From Balanoglossus misakiensis (taxonomy: Eukaryota > Animalia > Hemichordata): a DNA stretch of 64,000 nucleotides. The notes below the pieces were generated by a model. The model searched no databases. It saw only the letters and a program-made list of their open reading frames with translations, and was not told the DNA's origin. Below are positions 35,551 to 47,710 of this stretch, piece after piece. The stretch is from contig CM082577.2 in the NCBI GenBank assembly GCA_040954595.2, positions 18,078,303 to 18,142,302 on the forward strand, written 5' to 3'. The position numbers were made by a program, and so were the translations under genes. Positions within the stretch are counted from its first letter, which is position 1. The number at the start of each line of letters is the position of its first letter.

Positions 35551-36888
35551 GGTGGTATTGCATTTTTTCTTTTACATAAATCGGAAGGTCTAATACTGAC
35601 CCACATTCTGACAAATGCGTCTTGGCGGAAATGGTACAAAATCAACCAAAAATAGCACTTTTCTGAATGAGTCCGCAGTAAGAAATTAATTTCAACAATG
35701 CAAATTGCCGTTTTTCTCAGTTTGCATTTCCGCCACTTTTGACTTAGACCTAAATATAGCTGTGAACAGCAATAGACGGGTTTCGAGACACTACTAGCCC
35801 CATTGGTACGCCTGGAGATAGATATGTGCATATTTAATTGGGCAGGGTGTAGGACTGCATTAGTTGTTCTATCACTCCAAATGCCAAGGGTGTATGTGCT
35901 GTGGATGCTCAGATGTCGGATAGTAGGTCGAAGGTCACGTGACGGTGAAGTCACCCGAAATATAAATCGGTCGATTTTTCATATTATTTTTTCCCGCTTA
36001 AAACGATTGACAAATGCTAGGCTAGCTACACACCAAAGTTGGAGTTGATCGGCCTAACATATTTTGAGATATGTTGGTATATTTATCCAAAATGATAAGT
36101 AGTCACAGTACACAAGGCTGAGTTCATTGCCCAAAAAGTTTCAAAGTAGGTCAGATTACAAGTGAAATTGCAGTACTGATACTCAACCATTAAGCGCGAC
36201 TTCACACGCTTCCTAAACAAATCAAATATATCGCAACTGGACTTATTTTTAATCTTGTTATAGTGGGAAATGTGAATAACTAACTTGGTAGTTATGAAAA
36301 TAAAGTTTGCAAGGCGCAAAGTTGAATTTTTGCCCTTACTGTATGGAGGGCCAATAATGTACCAATTCTGAGGAATGGTGTCAAGGCCACATAAAAAGAA
36401 GAAGAAGAAAAATCCCAGTAAAACCAATTAGGCCCAAGCCTGCTGGGCTTGGGCCCTAATAATAAAAAAACAACACGATCTGGTCTCGAAACCCTAATTA
36501 CCTTCGCTCTGCGTTTGCCAAATGGGCTCAAATTTTAACAGGTAATTGTGTACGACCAATCCAACAATTCAACAATTTTTGTAGTTGATAAAATGTCACT
36601 GGCGGGAATAAACGTTGATTCAATACAACTCATCGTGAATTTGATCAAATGTTCTAAAAATCTAACGTGCAAACGCTGTTACTCCTCAATGGAAGCAGAT
36701 AACACAAAACAATATTTTCGTTTTTTTTTGTATGTGTACTCTACTCTCGGGGTCAATAAAATATGCAACTCAAAGAAAAGTTCAAAAACTCAGCTTCCAG
36801 AATATATATGGTTTATAGGGGTTTTAACGTTGTCTTTGATGAGAAATAGGCCTCTGAAAAAGTCTCGACGGTTTCATGCAATGCCACC
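35551..36888. mobile_element. TTAA-flanked TIR element (Kolobok-like) carrying a nested Helentron-like insert (~35752-36495)
   Basis: TTAA-GGTGGTATTGCA ... TGCAATGCCACC-TTAA; internal GCTGTGAACAGC hairpin with GGGTTTCGAGAC/GTCTCGAAACCC subTIRs. Confidence 0.7.
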
Positions 36889-37021
36889 TTAATTTGGTTT
36901 CATATTTGAATGCCACATGGATCTTTAATTAGTTCTGCCAGTTTATCCAACAATCACCGTAAACTATATTGTAATGATACAAAACAATATCTAGATACGT
37001 TAAAATTGCTGTACTTGTTAA

Positions 37022-37525
37022 AGGCACGTAAGCTGTAACTTTTAGGATAATTTTCATAATTTTGTTTCAAACTGCACTAACGTTAGTCCATGCAGATGAA
37101 GGTAGTGAACAATACACAAGCATTATAAACCCTAAATATGAGTGCATATACAAGTTTTAACCAGATAAATAATAAACCTTTGCCGCAAGCGATTATGGCC
37201 GCCACCGTGGGAAAATGCAAGAAACAATGAAAATGTTGCATTTCCGGTTGTGAAACTTCATAAACAAAACATGATCTCATCCACTTGAGCTCATGGAAGT
37301 AAATGTACACCACTGAGACATCAGATTTTCATTTTTCATTGCAATATTACACTTTTTTTAAAATTGCAGGAATTTTCGTTTTTCTGTAATTTTTGGCCAT
37401 TTTGTCATAAATAAGTGTTGAGCTTGATATATTATCATGAAATATCATTGAATAGATATGATTAAAAGCATATATGAGATTATTTAAAACTTTAATTTTT
37501 TTATCCAGTTGCAGCTCATGTGCCT
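37022..37525. mobile_element. TTAA-flanked MITE (Kolobok-like)
   Basis: TTAA-AGGCACGTAAGCTGTAACT ... AGTTGCAGCTCATGTGCCT-TTAA. Confidence 0.8.
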
Positions 37526-38572
37526 TTAATTGGTGAGTTGGTGTGAACAAAATCATACAATTTTATTTGAAACCATATGCCGCACTGGCGTATTGTGTCT
37601 TGTTTTCATCATTTCAATTATAGTTAATTTTGCTATCATAGTGATTCGGTCAGTTGTCAGCATTCACATCAATTCTGTAGTTTGAAAGAGTTGTACCAGC
37701 AGTTTTCTAACTAATAACAGAGCGCAGTATTAGTGCGTAGCTGATATTTCTCTGAATTTCCGGCCCATTGAGTTAGAAACCCTTCTGGTGTATTTGCTGA
37801 TGTAATATATCCGCCGCGGTGGTATTACATCTTCCTCAGCTTTCATGATTCTGCTAGGCCTATATTTAGGACAACTGCACAACACATTTCATCCAACGGG
37901 AAATGGATTTTGTCATGTGTCAATACAAGGATTCGACCTTTTCATCAGCTTCATTCTGATTTGTGGTAATTTACCCCTCACGTGTCTAGATTAAACTCGT
38001 TGTAGGCCTAATCTGAAAGCAATAAGATGAAATTCCGTAACGATTTCTCTAAAACCCGAGTTTTCTCTAATACCGATAGAATTTCACGTTCTGATGTAAA
38101 TCTGGCATTCGCTGTAACCAATAAGAAATAATTTCGGGCAGAGTAATCACAAAGTATTGAGCACACGAGACCTCATTCTACAAAGATATTTATGCGGATT
38201 GGTTTTAATGCAGAGACGTTTATCTGCTTTACGTCATATGCAACATACGCAACACTAATTTTGATTTATATGGGTTAACCACGTAACTCGGTATAGTTTA
38301 AAGTATTGTCATGTTTTTAAATTGCATATTTTTATTCTCCTTTCTAGATTTCATCAAAATCTGTAATTAAATGTAGGCCTAGGTGTCGCCGTTCTACTTT
38401 ATGAAATATAAGGCAATTCATTAAGCCACAGTCCCTGTGCCTTAACCTATAGCGAGAACAAACTGCCGAGTGATCAGTATCATTCTTCAGCTATGTTTTT
38501 TTCTACGGGGCCCGGCAAACATTTAGTTAAATAATAACACATGATAGCGAGGGCAACATTATACACATTTAA

Positions 38573-38746
38573 GTTGACTGGTCATGAGGGTATCAGCATA
38601 TACGTCTGTAACCCGAGGGACTGTGAGTCACCATAAAACAGACTGTTTCCCGAGGCCGAAGACCGAGTGAAACAGTCTGTTTTGGGGGTGACTCACAGTC
38701 CCGAGGGATGAACGACGTACTGCTGATGCCCGAAAAGCCAGTCAAC
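38573..38746 (-). mobile_element. terminal hairpin of a Crypton-like element
   Basis: gttgactgg...cccgagggactgtgagtcacc..aaacagactgtttc / gaaacagtctgttt..ggtgactcacagtcccgaggg...ccagtcaac with CGAG-gccgaagac-CGAG apex. Confidence 0.6.
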
Positions 38747-39879
38747 ATGTGTTTTGTAACACATCTCATCCGCTATACACCTATTGGTAAGTTGGACACT
38801 GCACTGATGTTGGATGCTGCAGTCATGTAGGTGTATTCATGTGCACTGTGCGATCCATGTCTAGGTGGTGAGCCATTTGTAGTCCACATGCCACAATGCT
38901 CTAGACGTTTGGTAATTCATGTTTGATGCATGTGCGTTTCCTTCAGTCAAAAGTCAACTTTACCCAAAACCAATCGACGTACTATGTTTGGTCTAGTGTC
39001 AGTGAAAAATGATGTAATATGTACACTGATGTCACAGAGAGACTTCTTTAACAGATGTTCATATTCCCACTGATTCATTATGCTGTGAAGACATTCATTA
39101 CAAAGACAAGAATCATGCTGAGAGTCTTGGTGACTTCTATGGAAATATAATTGATTGTTTACATTGTGCTGGCACTCGAATTAACCCCACTAAAGAAAGT
39201 GGAAATGCTGTGTAGTTGTTGGGTGGAAAAAAGAGATTCATGCAATTGCCTGTGACGCATTTAAATTATGGCGTAAGTCTGGTAGACCAAGAAATGGTCC
39301 ATTGTATGACTTTAAACGTCGTACTCACTACGGCGCGCCAAGTGTTTCAAAATTATTTATCATTATTTTATAGAAAATTGACGTCGTTTAACAAAAAAAT
39401 ACGTAAAAAACACACAAAAAAACTGATTGGTGGTTTAAAAAACAACGAGTGTAAAAAGTAATCCGTCGTGGAGTAAAAAAAAAAAAAAAAAAAAAACACA
39501 GAAGAAAATCTCACATGTTGTCAAAAAAACCCCCACCAAGCTTACCAAAAAGAAAACGTCCACATGGCAGTTGCAAAAAAATCACTAATTTGTCACAAAA
39601 AAACCACGCGCACATTTTTCACGAAAAACGAACACTTCAACCCCACAAAAAATACACACAAAGTATTAAAAAGAACACTCTTTGTAAAAAAGAGAGAGAG
39701 ACTACAACTTGAAAAAAATGCACACCCCCAGATCAAACAACACAGGCAAACATAGAAAAAACACCAACATGTTAGCCATAAAAAACGGCGATATTTGTCA
39801 CCGAGAAAAACCTGTACTCATGTCAGCCCAAAACTAACGGGCCACTTAAAAAAACGCAGATGCACTGAGGTTGCAAAAA

Positions 39880-40260
39880 TAAGCACATTTTTAATCCCCC
39901 GAAAAAAAGCAGGCAATTTGCAAAAAAAAAAAAAAAAAAAAACGCACAGCGATTTGCAAAAAAAAAAATAATAGGAACATTTGTCACCCAAAAAACAGGC
40001 AATTTAAAAAAAAAACGCAGAGCAATTTGCAAAAAAAATAAATAAATAGAACCAGGCATTTTAAAAAAAACGCAGAGCAATTTGCAAAAAAAAAAAAAAA
40101 AATAGAACCAGGCAATTTAAAAAAAAACGCAGAGCAATTTGCAAAAAAAAAAAAAAAAAAAAAAATAGGAACATTTCTCACCCCCCCAAAAACGGGCAAT
40201 TTGAAAAAAATAACACGATATAAAATTTGGAAAAAAATATATAGGCACATTTGTCACCCA
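39880..40260. repeat. A-rich degenerate minisatellite (ggcaattt[gc]aaaa..aacgcagagcaatttgcaaaa)
   Basis: Several ~55-60-bp units with variable poly-A runs. Confidence 0.8.
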
Positions 40261-41063
40261 AAATATTCATGCAGATCCAAGTTGTAAAAAAATGGTATAT
40301 TTGCCATCCAAAAAATAAAACAAGCGTGTTTAAAAAAACGAGCATTCAGTTGTAAAATTAAATAATAGTCTTTAACAACTTGAAAAAACCCCGGACGCAT
40401 TTGAAAGAATAGCGTATGCGCATGCGCCGAAAAAAAAATTGAGTGAGAAATGCGCTCCAAAAAAAAAAAAAGTGAGAGATTTTGCAAGAGGAGTCTGGGT
40501 AATCTTAAAAAAAAACAGTGTGTGAAAATAAGTTGACTCGAAGAAGAGAAAAGAAAGGGGAAACACACAAACCGTCACACAGGACAAACAACAGTCTCCT
40601 CATCGCCGAGGCGTACGCGTGATGATATGACAAGTGTTTACGTCTGTGAGGTGGTGTGTATGTGTCGGATAGAACGCGAGTCGACTAGAATCCGAATCGA
40701 CTGAAGGTTACTGTGGTGGACGCGAATATATGGTCGCCATTGTGGGATTCCTTCGTGAAGGAAGTGAAGCCACTTGTTCGGGACCACATGACCGGAGCAT
40801 TGCGTTTAACATGGTCGAACGAACTGTCATTATGAACAACTCCTGCTGTAACCTGTGATGCTGAAACGTACAATAACTTTCCATATTCTTTTGTACAGTA
40901 CACTGAGTTTCAACGCGGTTGATGCGGAGACGATCAACTAAGTATGGTATGACTGAGCGACTTCATTTGATATGATCCTGCTACCTTTAAAAATCTGTCT
41001 ATTAGATTATCTTATGAAAACTGAGTTGGTTATCTGTTCTATATCTGTTGCGTTGATGTTGTG

Positions 41064-41238
41064 AATAGAGTAGAATAGAATAGAATAGAATAGAATAGAA
41101 TAGAATAGAATAGAATAGAATAGAATAGAATAGAATAGAATAGAATAGAATAGAATAGAATAGAATAGAATAGAATAGAATAGAATAGAATAGAATAGAA
41201 TAGAATAGAATAGAATAGAATAGAATAGAATAGAATAG
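41064..41238. repeat. (AATAG)n microsatellite (the LINE tail)
   Basis: direct reading. Confidence 0.95.
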
Positions 41239-41639
41239 TTTATTGCGTTCCAAGGCCTCCGGCCCATATGCAAGGGGGTTACAGAAATTTAACATAGAAA
41301 GACAGCAAAATAAAGTACAGCTGTACATGACAATTAAACAGTTTAAATTCTGTCTCTTGAAAAAAGCGAGAGAGATATATTTCTCTGCTTAAACGCTTTG
41401 CCTGTGAAAATACAAATGTTACTAAGCTCATCATTGTTAGACGTGTCCATAAGTCGTACAAATTTGTGAAAAGTTGGATGCTCAAAGTAGACATGTGATA
41501 AGTACTGTTTTCTAAGGTCTGTGTAAGCAGAGCATTCAAGGAGAAAATGAGGAGGGGAGAAGGCATAATATAGATGTACCAGATCGTCTTTGTAAGTTTT
41601 GTACAAAAGGAGCAGTAGAAGATGAATACCATTTTCTCC
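41064..41639 (-). mobile_element. 5'-truncated, 5'-inverted LINE copy with (CTATT)n tail and 11-bp TSD
   Basis: Minus strand HFLLECSAYTDLRKQYL..., AATAAA, (CTATT)n; plus strand 41549-41643 EEGRRHNIDVPDRLCKFCTKGAVEDEYHFLL; TSD TTGATGTTGTG at 41053-41063 and 41640-41650. Confidence 0.88.
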
Positions 41640-44170
41640 TTGATGTTGTGTCGCGAGCCGATTTTAATAACCTTGCAGTAAATATCGGGGTTGATTTATA
41701 CACTCTTCATGATGTGTACGCTAATAACCCATTGGTTTATGCTACTGTGACAAATGTATTCCTATATTCCCAGAAAAAATTCTGAGTAGATTGGAATAAA
41801 TGTAACATATTGCAGAGGCATCACGCCTGATTTCAGGCCTTGTGGTTTGACGTATTGTAACCTGCTGTAATTCAACACAAAAATCAATACTCTTGTCTAC
41901 TGCAACGAGCGCAATTCACTTGCGCAGTAATGAGTGATCTTGTCATACTGAACAGAAAGGCCAGATTAGCTCCAAATTCGGAAAGAAAAACACATGTACT
42001 GTGTCACACCATATGACTGTCATATGCTACGCCTTTTTACTCCCTCAAAAGTATTGTTTGTGAACGTCAATTTCTACAGCTCTTTGTTGCGTTTCTAACT
42101 ATTACAGTTACGTTAATCATCACCATATGTTTCCGTTCCAGCGGAGTGTGCCGATTGTCGTATGCCTTGAATCAGACCGTTTCCAAGACGACGAGGCAGT
42201 GTCTTTACATTAGCTTGCTTTACTCTGTTCGTGTTCAGATATAGAGACACGCGGCGACAGCAGCAGAACGCGAGCAGCAGAGACCAAGCAAAGGTAAAGA
42301 CGCCGCCGATCTCTACAGCTCTTAGCCAACTTGTACACAATATACCCTTTGGGACCGGCTCTAGTATCTTATATGTCTTCTGTGTGATAAAAATATATTG
42401 TCATTGACCAAATATGCTTCCTTAACTTATATACACAATCATTTGCACTTGCTAAACACAAATACAGTTCAGTAGGCAGATAAAACACTTGTGCTGTGCT
42501 TAAAATATTAAAGAATGGAGAATGCAAGTGCTTTGTCAAACCCCACACCATTGCATTGATATAGTACACCGCCCCCACAAAACACTAGGCAATCCTTAAT
42601 TCTCAAGCACTGGCACCCAAAATACATCCATAGATTCTCGCACATTGCAAACCCACGTCACCCAAAAATACTTTCAAGTATCCAATAATAGTAAAAATGT
42701 TATCTCAGTTGAAATATGAACATTTGTTACCTGGCAGTTTGGTCCATATCTTATTGGTTTGGCTAATAAATTTTTGGGGCTTCTAGCCAAATATGCTAGA
42801 AAATTTGGTAACCCAGGAGATCTCTGGGTGAAAATTAAAATTGTTTTATTATGTCTTCATGGGGAGGTCATTGAAATCTGTCCTATCACAAGTCTCAAAA
42901 ATTATTTGTTGAAACTATAGAAAAACAAGAACATATGAATGTAACGGTAAATATGCACAATTTTGTCGCGTGAACCATCCTGGAAAATGGCATTTGTACC
43001 ACAAAAACTCCTGAAAAATTGCTGGAAATTTCCTAGAATTTTGAATTTCTCTAGGTGTATGAACCCTGTAACTAGCCTAGGCATGCGCAGTGCACAGTTC
43101 TGAAAGACACGCCGCGTATTGTGTGATCTATCATGTTTATTTCCGTACAAGTGACGACTGGGGCGAAAATACTGAGACCCTTTGGTCTGGTGGATGTAAA
43201 TGCCCAACGGTCTTTGACAGAAGTGTATCGAGATCTCACAAGCGGAGTGTTGTCCACTGGTGATCGATTTATCCTACCTAATGATTATGAACAGAGCTGT
43301 GCATTTATCTCTGCATGCATTCCTATATTCTCATGCTGTTTGCGCGTTGTTGTTGATAGTTGAATAAAAAAGCAAAAACCTTTTTTTGGCCTAAGTGCAA
43401 CTAGCTATAGGTGCGCATCGGGTGCACCCAAAATACACCCACTTTGGACTTTGAATTTGGATGTCAGTGTGCTCGGTTGAGTGTTTTTCGGATGTCACCA
43501 TGGTAGCAGTGGTGCGACAAGTGTTGATTGTTGGTAACAACGGTCAGTATTACCGACAGTATCGCGCGAATTGTGGCCATTTCATAAAAGTCTATCATGT
43601 CAGGGCCAGCAAGACTCGTATTCCAATAACAGAGGGTGACAGATGACTGGCAGCATCGAGTGCAATTAACTAAGATGTTGCTTTTATTGACATTCTCTGC
43701 AGGTCTGTATTGTGCTTCGTATTACTTCCATATTTGTGTAGGGCCACTTTATTCTTGGTAATTAGTTCAACGCCAATGGTTTATGTCTAAATCAAACGGT
43801 CATTCAGATGATCTCGCATTGGTAATCTTGATAAACTGCGTCCGTCCAGTTATCTCTATGACAGCCTCACACCACAGAAATTTGCGAAATGAGAAGCAAG
43901 GGATGAAATTGATGAGGCCACGTCTGTAGCTGCAGAGTAAAATTGTGCCGAAATTGTGTGACATGTTTTGACTATTCAACCTCTATCCGTAATGAAGTCA
44001 CTCATTTAAATCTTCAATAAGATGTATCACTTTGGGCACGATTTTGATAATGATTTAAAGTTACTGCAGAGTTACTGAAATAGCAGTACGAGGTTATTGT
44101 ATGTTATAAACAAAATAACATTGAATAGTATGTCATGACAGTAAATGCCAATTGGTTTAAATTTTGAAGT

Positions 44171-46893
44171 TTATGTCAGCGAAACGTTCCATTCTCTATG
44201 GGAACAACAATGCAAGGCAGTATGTACGGGGACATTATCTTGTTGGAACACAAAATCGGGCCCGACGAGTCTCAAAGCCGGTGGTAGCATTTCATTTTGT
44301 AGAACGTCTAAGTACTTCCAGCGATTCATAGTGTTCTCGACTCGAACGAGCGAACCAACACCTGCAGCCGAGAAACACCCCCAAACCATGACACTGCCAC
44401 CACCAAACTTTACTGTGGGACCTCGCCGGGTCGCCGTCTAACGAAAACTCTCCCACGGCTTCTTAATACGGTGAACTTCGACTCGTCCGACCAAACAACC
44501 CGGGACCACTGAACAGGTGTCCAGTTCACGTAACGCCGGACGAAACGTAGTCGCGCTGCGATGTGCCGTGGTTGTAATTTCGGCTTTTTCTTGGCCACAC
44601 ATCCACGGAGTCTGGCTCCTCTATACAATCGGGATTTGATTGTGCTCAGACTCAAAAGTTTCCCGGTATCCTCATGAAATTTAGCGCGGAGGTCACGGGC
44701 CGTCTTGAATCTGTCCGTCAGATTTGATCTTACGGACTGTCCAGAATTTACTTCCAGGGTGGGGCTGGAGGATTTCTTATTTTCCTGGTGATTTTTTTCC
44801 ATGGCCCCCCCCCTCGTAAATTGTGGAGGAAATCTGTGGCCCCCTTAAATTTCCTGTTTTTTTTCCATGCCCCCCCCCCAATATATACATGCATGCTTAC
44901 AGACTACGGCACATACAGTCTGACAAGTTCATCACCCTTTGCAAGAACAATCAAGAGATCATTTGCTTACTGAATTTTACAGGGGACAGTTAAGTGGTCA
45001 TAAAAATCATGTTTTTGCAGGGACTGCAAGTGGCACACTTTTGGGAAGCCTAGCAATGGGCTACTAAGATTGTAATTTTCTGAAAATAAGTTAATTATGA
45101 AAAACATTTCTGTCACTATGTCCACTACATCAAACACTTTAGTTGTAAATAAGACATGTCAAACAAACACAGTCAGTAATTTTGCATCAGAGGTTTTTCA
45201 AAGGAAAATATACAATTATCGTTGTATCTAATTATCAAGCAGAGTGTCATAGTATTTGTTTTATATTTTTCAATACAGCATTTTTCAATGGGTTATGTGT
45301 GACAGTTTCAGGAAATTGACAATACTCAATTGTTTAACAATTTAACATTTACTTCTTTTAACAATCAACAATCAAGTATTTTTTCAAAAATTCAAATCAA
45401 ACATGAGATTGTGTCCTTTACAGTATTTTCAAAATATTCTGCAATTTTTGGCAAAAACATAAATAAAATGTTTCTTGTTTTTGAATGGGTGAATTAAAAA
45501 ATAATGTAGTCATGCACAATTTTATGGTTTTTTTTAAAAAACTGTTTTTAACAATTTTGGCTGGCACAAAACAATATAATTTTATGTGTTTGTACTATAA
45601 TCAAAACAATTAGGTACATCACAAACAGAATATTTCCTGTAACAAATGAGCATACTCTGAGGAGTGGACCAAGAAAGTGCACTTGACACATTGGACTAAA
45701 ACATACAGATAAAAATTGACAAAAGTTAACGCTAATGTCTCTTTAAGTTTAATATTACCAGAAAGCAGGGTGCCATTAATATCTTTTCGATGAGAAAGAA
45801 ATTGCAAATTCGACTGTGTTGAGCCTCACAAAAATTGTAGACAAGCATGATTCACACTACAAACAAAAAACATTTTAAAAATAAATATTGTGTATTATTT
45901 TAGTTTGTAGGAATCAGAATTCTTGCCCATATATTGTGCAATTTTGAACAAAATAGAAAAGAAATCGACAAATACTTTGAGGTCAACAAATCTTAAGAGT
46001 TAACAAGAGTTACGGCTAGAAGGGCTTTAAATCTGGATTCTTACCTGAGTACCATATTTTTAGCAAGTAAAATGAGTGTGATTTATTATGTCTTACTTTA
46101 TTCACAGTCACTCCACAAAATACTTTAGGCATACTATGCTTTATTCTAGAAAAATGTAGAATTAATTTATCACTAGCTGCTGATATCTTTTGTCATAAAA
46201 AGTAAATAGATTGTCAAAAAAGTCTAATTCTTTAAAACTTGTCTGGACTTGATTTGAGCTCAGTTATCAACAGTAACAACACTGACTGTTCACTGTACAT
46301 ATATGGTTTGGCTGGCAGGCCACATAAGTTGGACAGTTTATTATGCTTCACAGAGTAGTAGAACAAGAAACTGCAGTAGATATACAAAATAAACCACCGT
46401 AAAAATTACCGGAAATTCCAGCTTATGAACGTTAACATTTAATACACTTGTGGTGTTCATCTGTCATCCAGGTAGCCATGGTGGTTTGTTTCTTATAAAT
46501 CAGTACTTCTGGGCAAATATTGAGTTTGTGAGTTTTTTTTACATGGCCCCCTAAAGGATTGTGATTTTTATGTCTGCCCCCCCCCCCTAAATTTTCTAGG
46601 GGAAAATGGGTGGCCCTCCTGAAAATCCTCCGCCCCTCTGGAAGTAAATTCTGGACGGTCCCTTAGGCCTATCAATATTCGGTCTTCCCGTTCAGTTGTT
46701 CGCCTTGGCCGCCCAGATCGATGTAAATTGTCCGTGGTACCATTTTGAACAAGTTTCCGAATATTGTACCTGACGCTGCCTTCGGAGATTCCAAGCTGCC
46801 TTGCGATTTCTCTGTTTCTCAAACCTTGCGTATGGCATGCAGTGCCTCAATTTGACCTTTCACAAATTCAGGAAGTTCGCGAACTTTGGGCAT
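44171..46893 (-). pseudogene. Tc1-family transposase pseudogene split by a 1.9-kb MITE
   Basis: MPKVREL.., REIARQLGIS, GRPRRTT (46665-46893); KKKP, WSDESKF, VMVWGCF, FQQDN..HTA (44200-44732); frameshifts present, and the sequence breaks off before the catalytic E. Confidence 0.9.
44733..46662. mobile_element. PIF/Harbinger-like non-autonomous element, TTA TSD
   Basis: TTA-CGGACTGTCCAGAATTTACTTCCAG ... CTGGAAGTAAATTCTGGACGGTCCC-TTA; C/G-run subterminal repeats; AT-rich non-coding interior. Confidence 0.88.
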
Positions 46894-47428
46894 GGTTTCA
46901 TTAATTCAATGTTTACAAACTAAAATTATGCAGCAACCTCCGACGACCTCGATCAGAATATTCATAAGCAAGTCTGGCAGATTTTCCCGCCCTAAAATTT
47001 AATCGGAATTATATTTAAAAGCTCTGATTGGTGGATATTTAAATATGAGTAGAGGGAAATTAGCCAGGGACACAATGGCGCGAAAAGTTAATGAGATGCA
47101 AATGAGATGTTAATGAGTATACCTCTATTGCAATAACCATAGGAATTTTCACTGGCCACAAAACTCGCCGCGTATGCAGTCATATTCGGCACGCAACACA
47201 TCTGTGTTGACTAAAATGGGTTAAACCTTCCGTAGGTTCTTTATTTTCGGAAATAAGTTACAGTCGATCGATTTTGAGAATAATTGTTCATGTCAAACGT
47301 TCATTTTCAAGGTGCGTAAATACTTATTGGCGGGTCTGGGTCGGACATGTATTTGCAAATTAAATTGATTACGCTGGTATTACATGTATATGTGATATCG
47401 ATAATATCTACGAATACGCCCAAATCGC

Positions 47429-47710
<282 letters not shown>

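Noticed and set aside
39080-39215. Short LINE-like peptide remnant (HAESLGDFYGNIIDCLHCAG)
   Set aside because: Too short and degenerate to call.
39216-40587. Lys- or Phe-rich ORFs
   Set aside because: Produced by poly-A/T low-complexity repeats.
40685-40903. GC-richer segment with a minus-strand acceptor, possible exon
   Set aside because: Several frames are open, none is recognisable, and no matching donor was found.
41002-41328. ILFYS-repeat ORFs
   Set aside because: Translation of the (CTATT)n tail.
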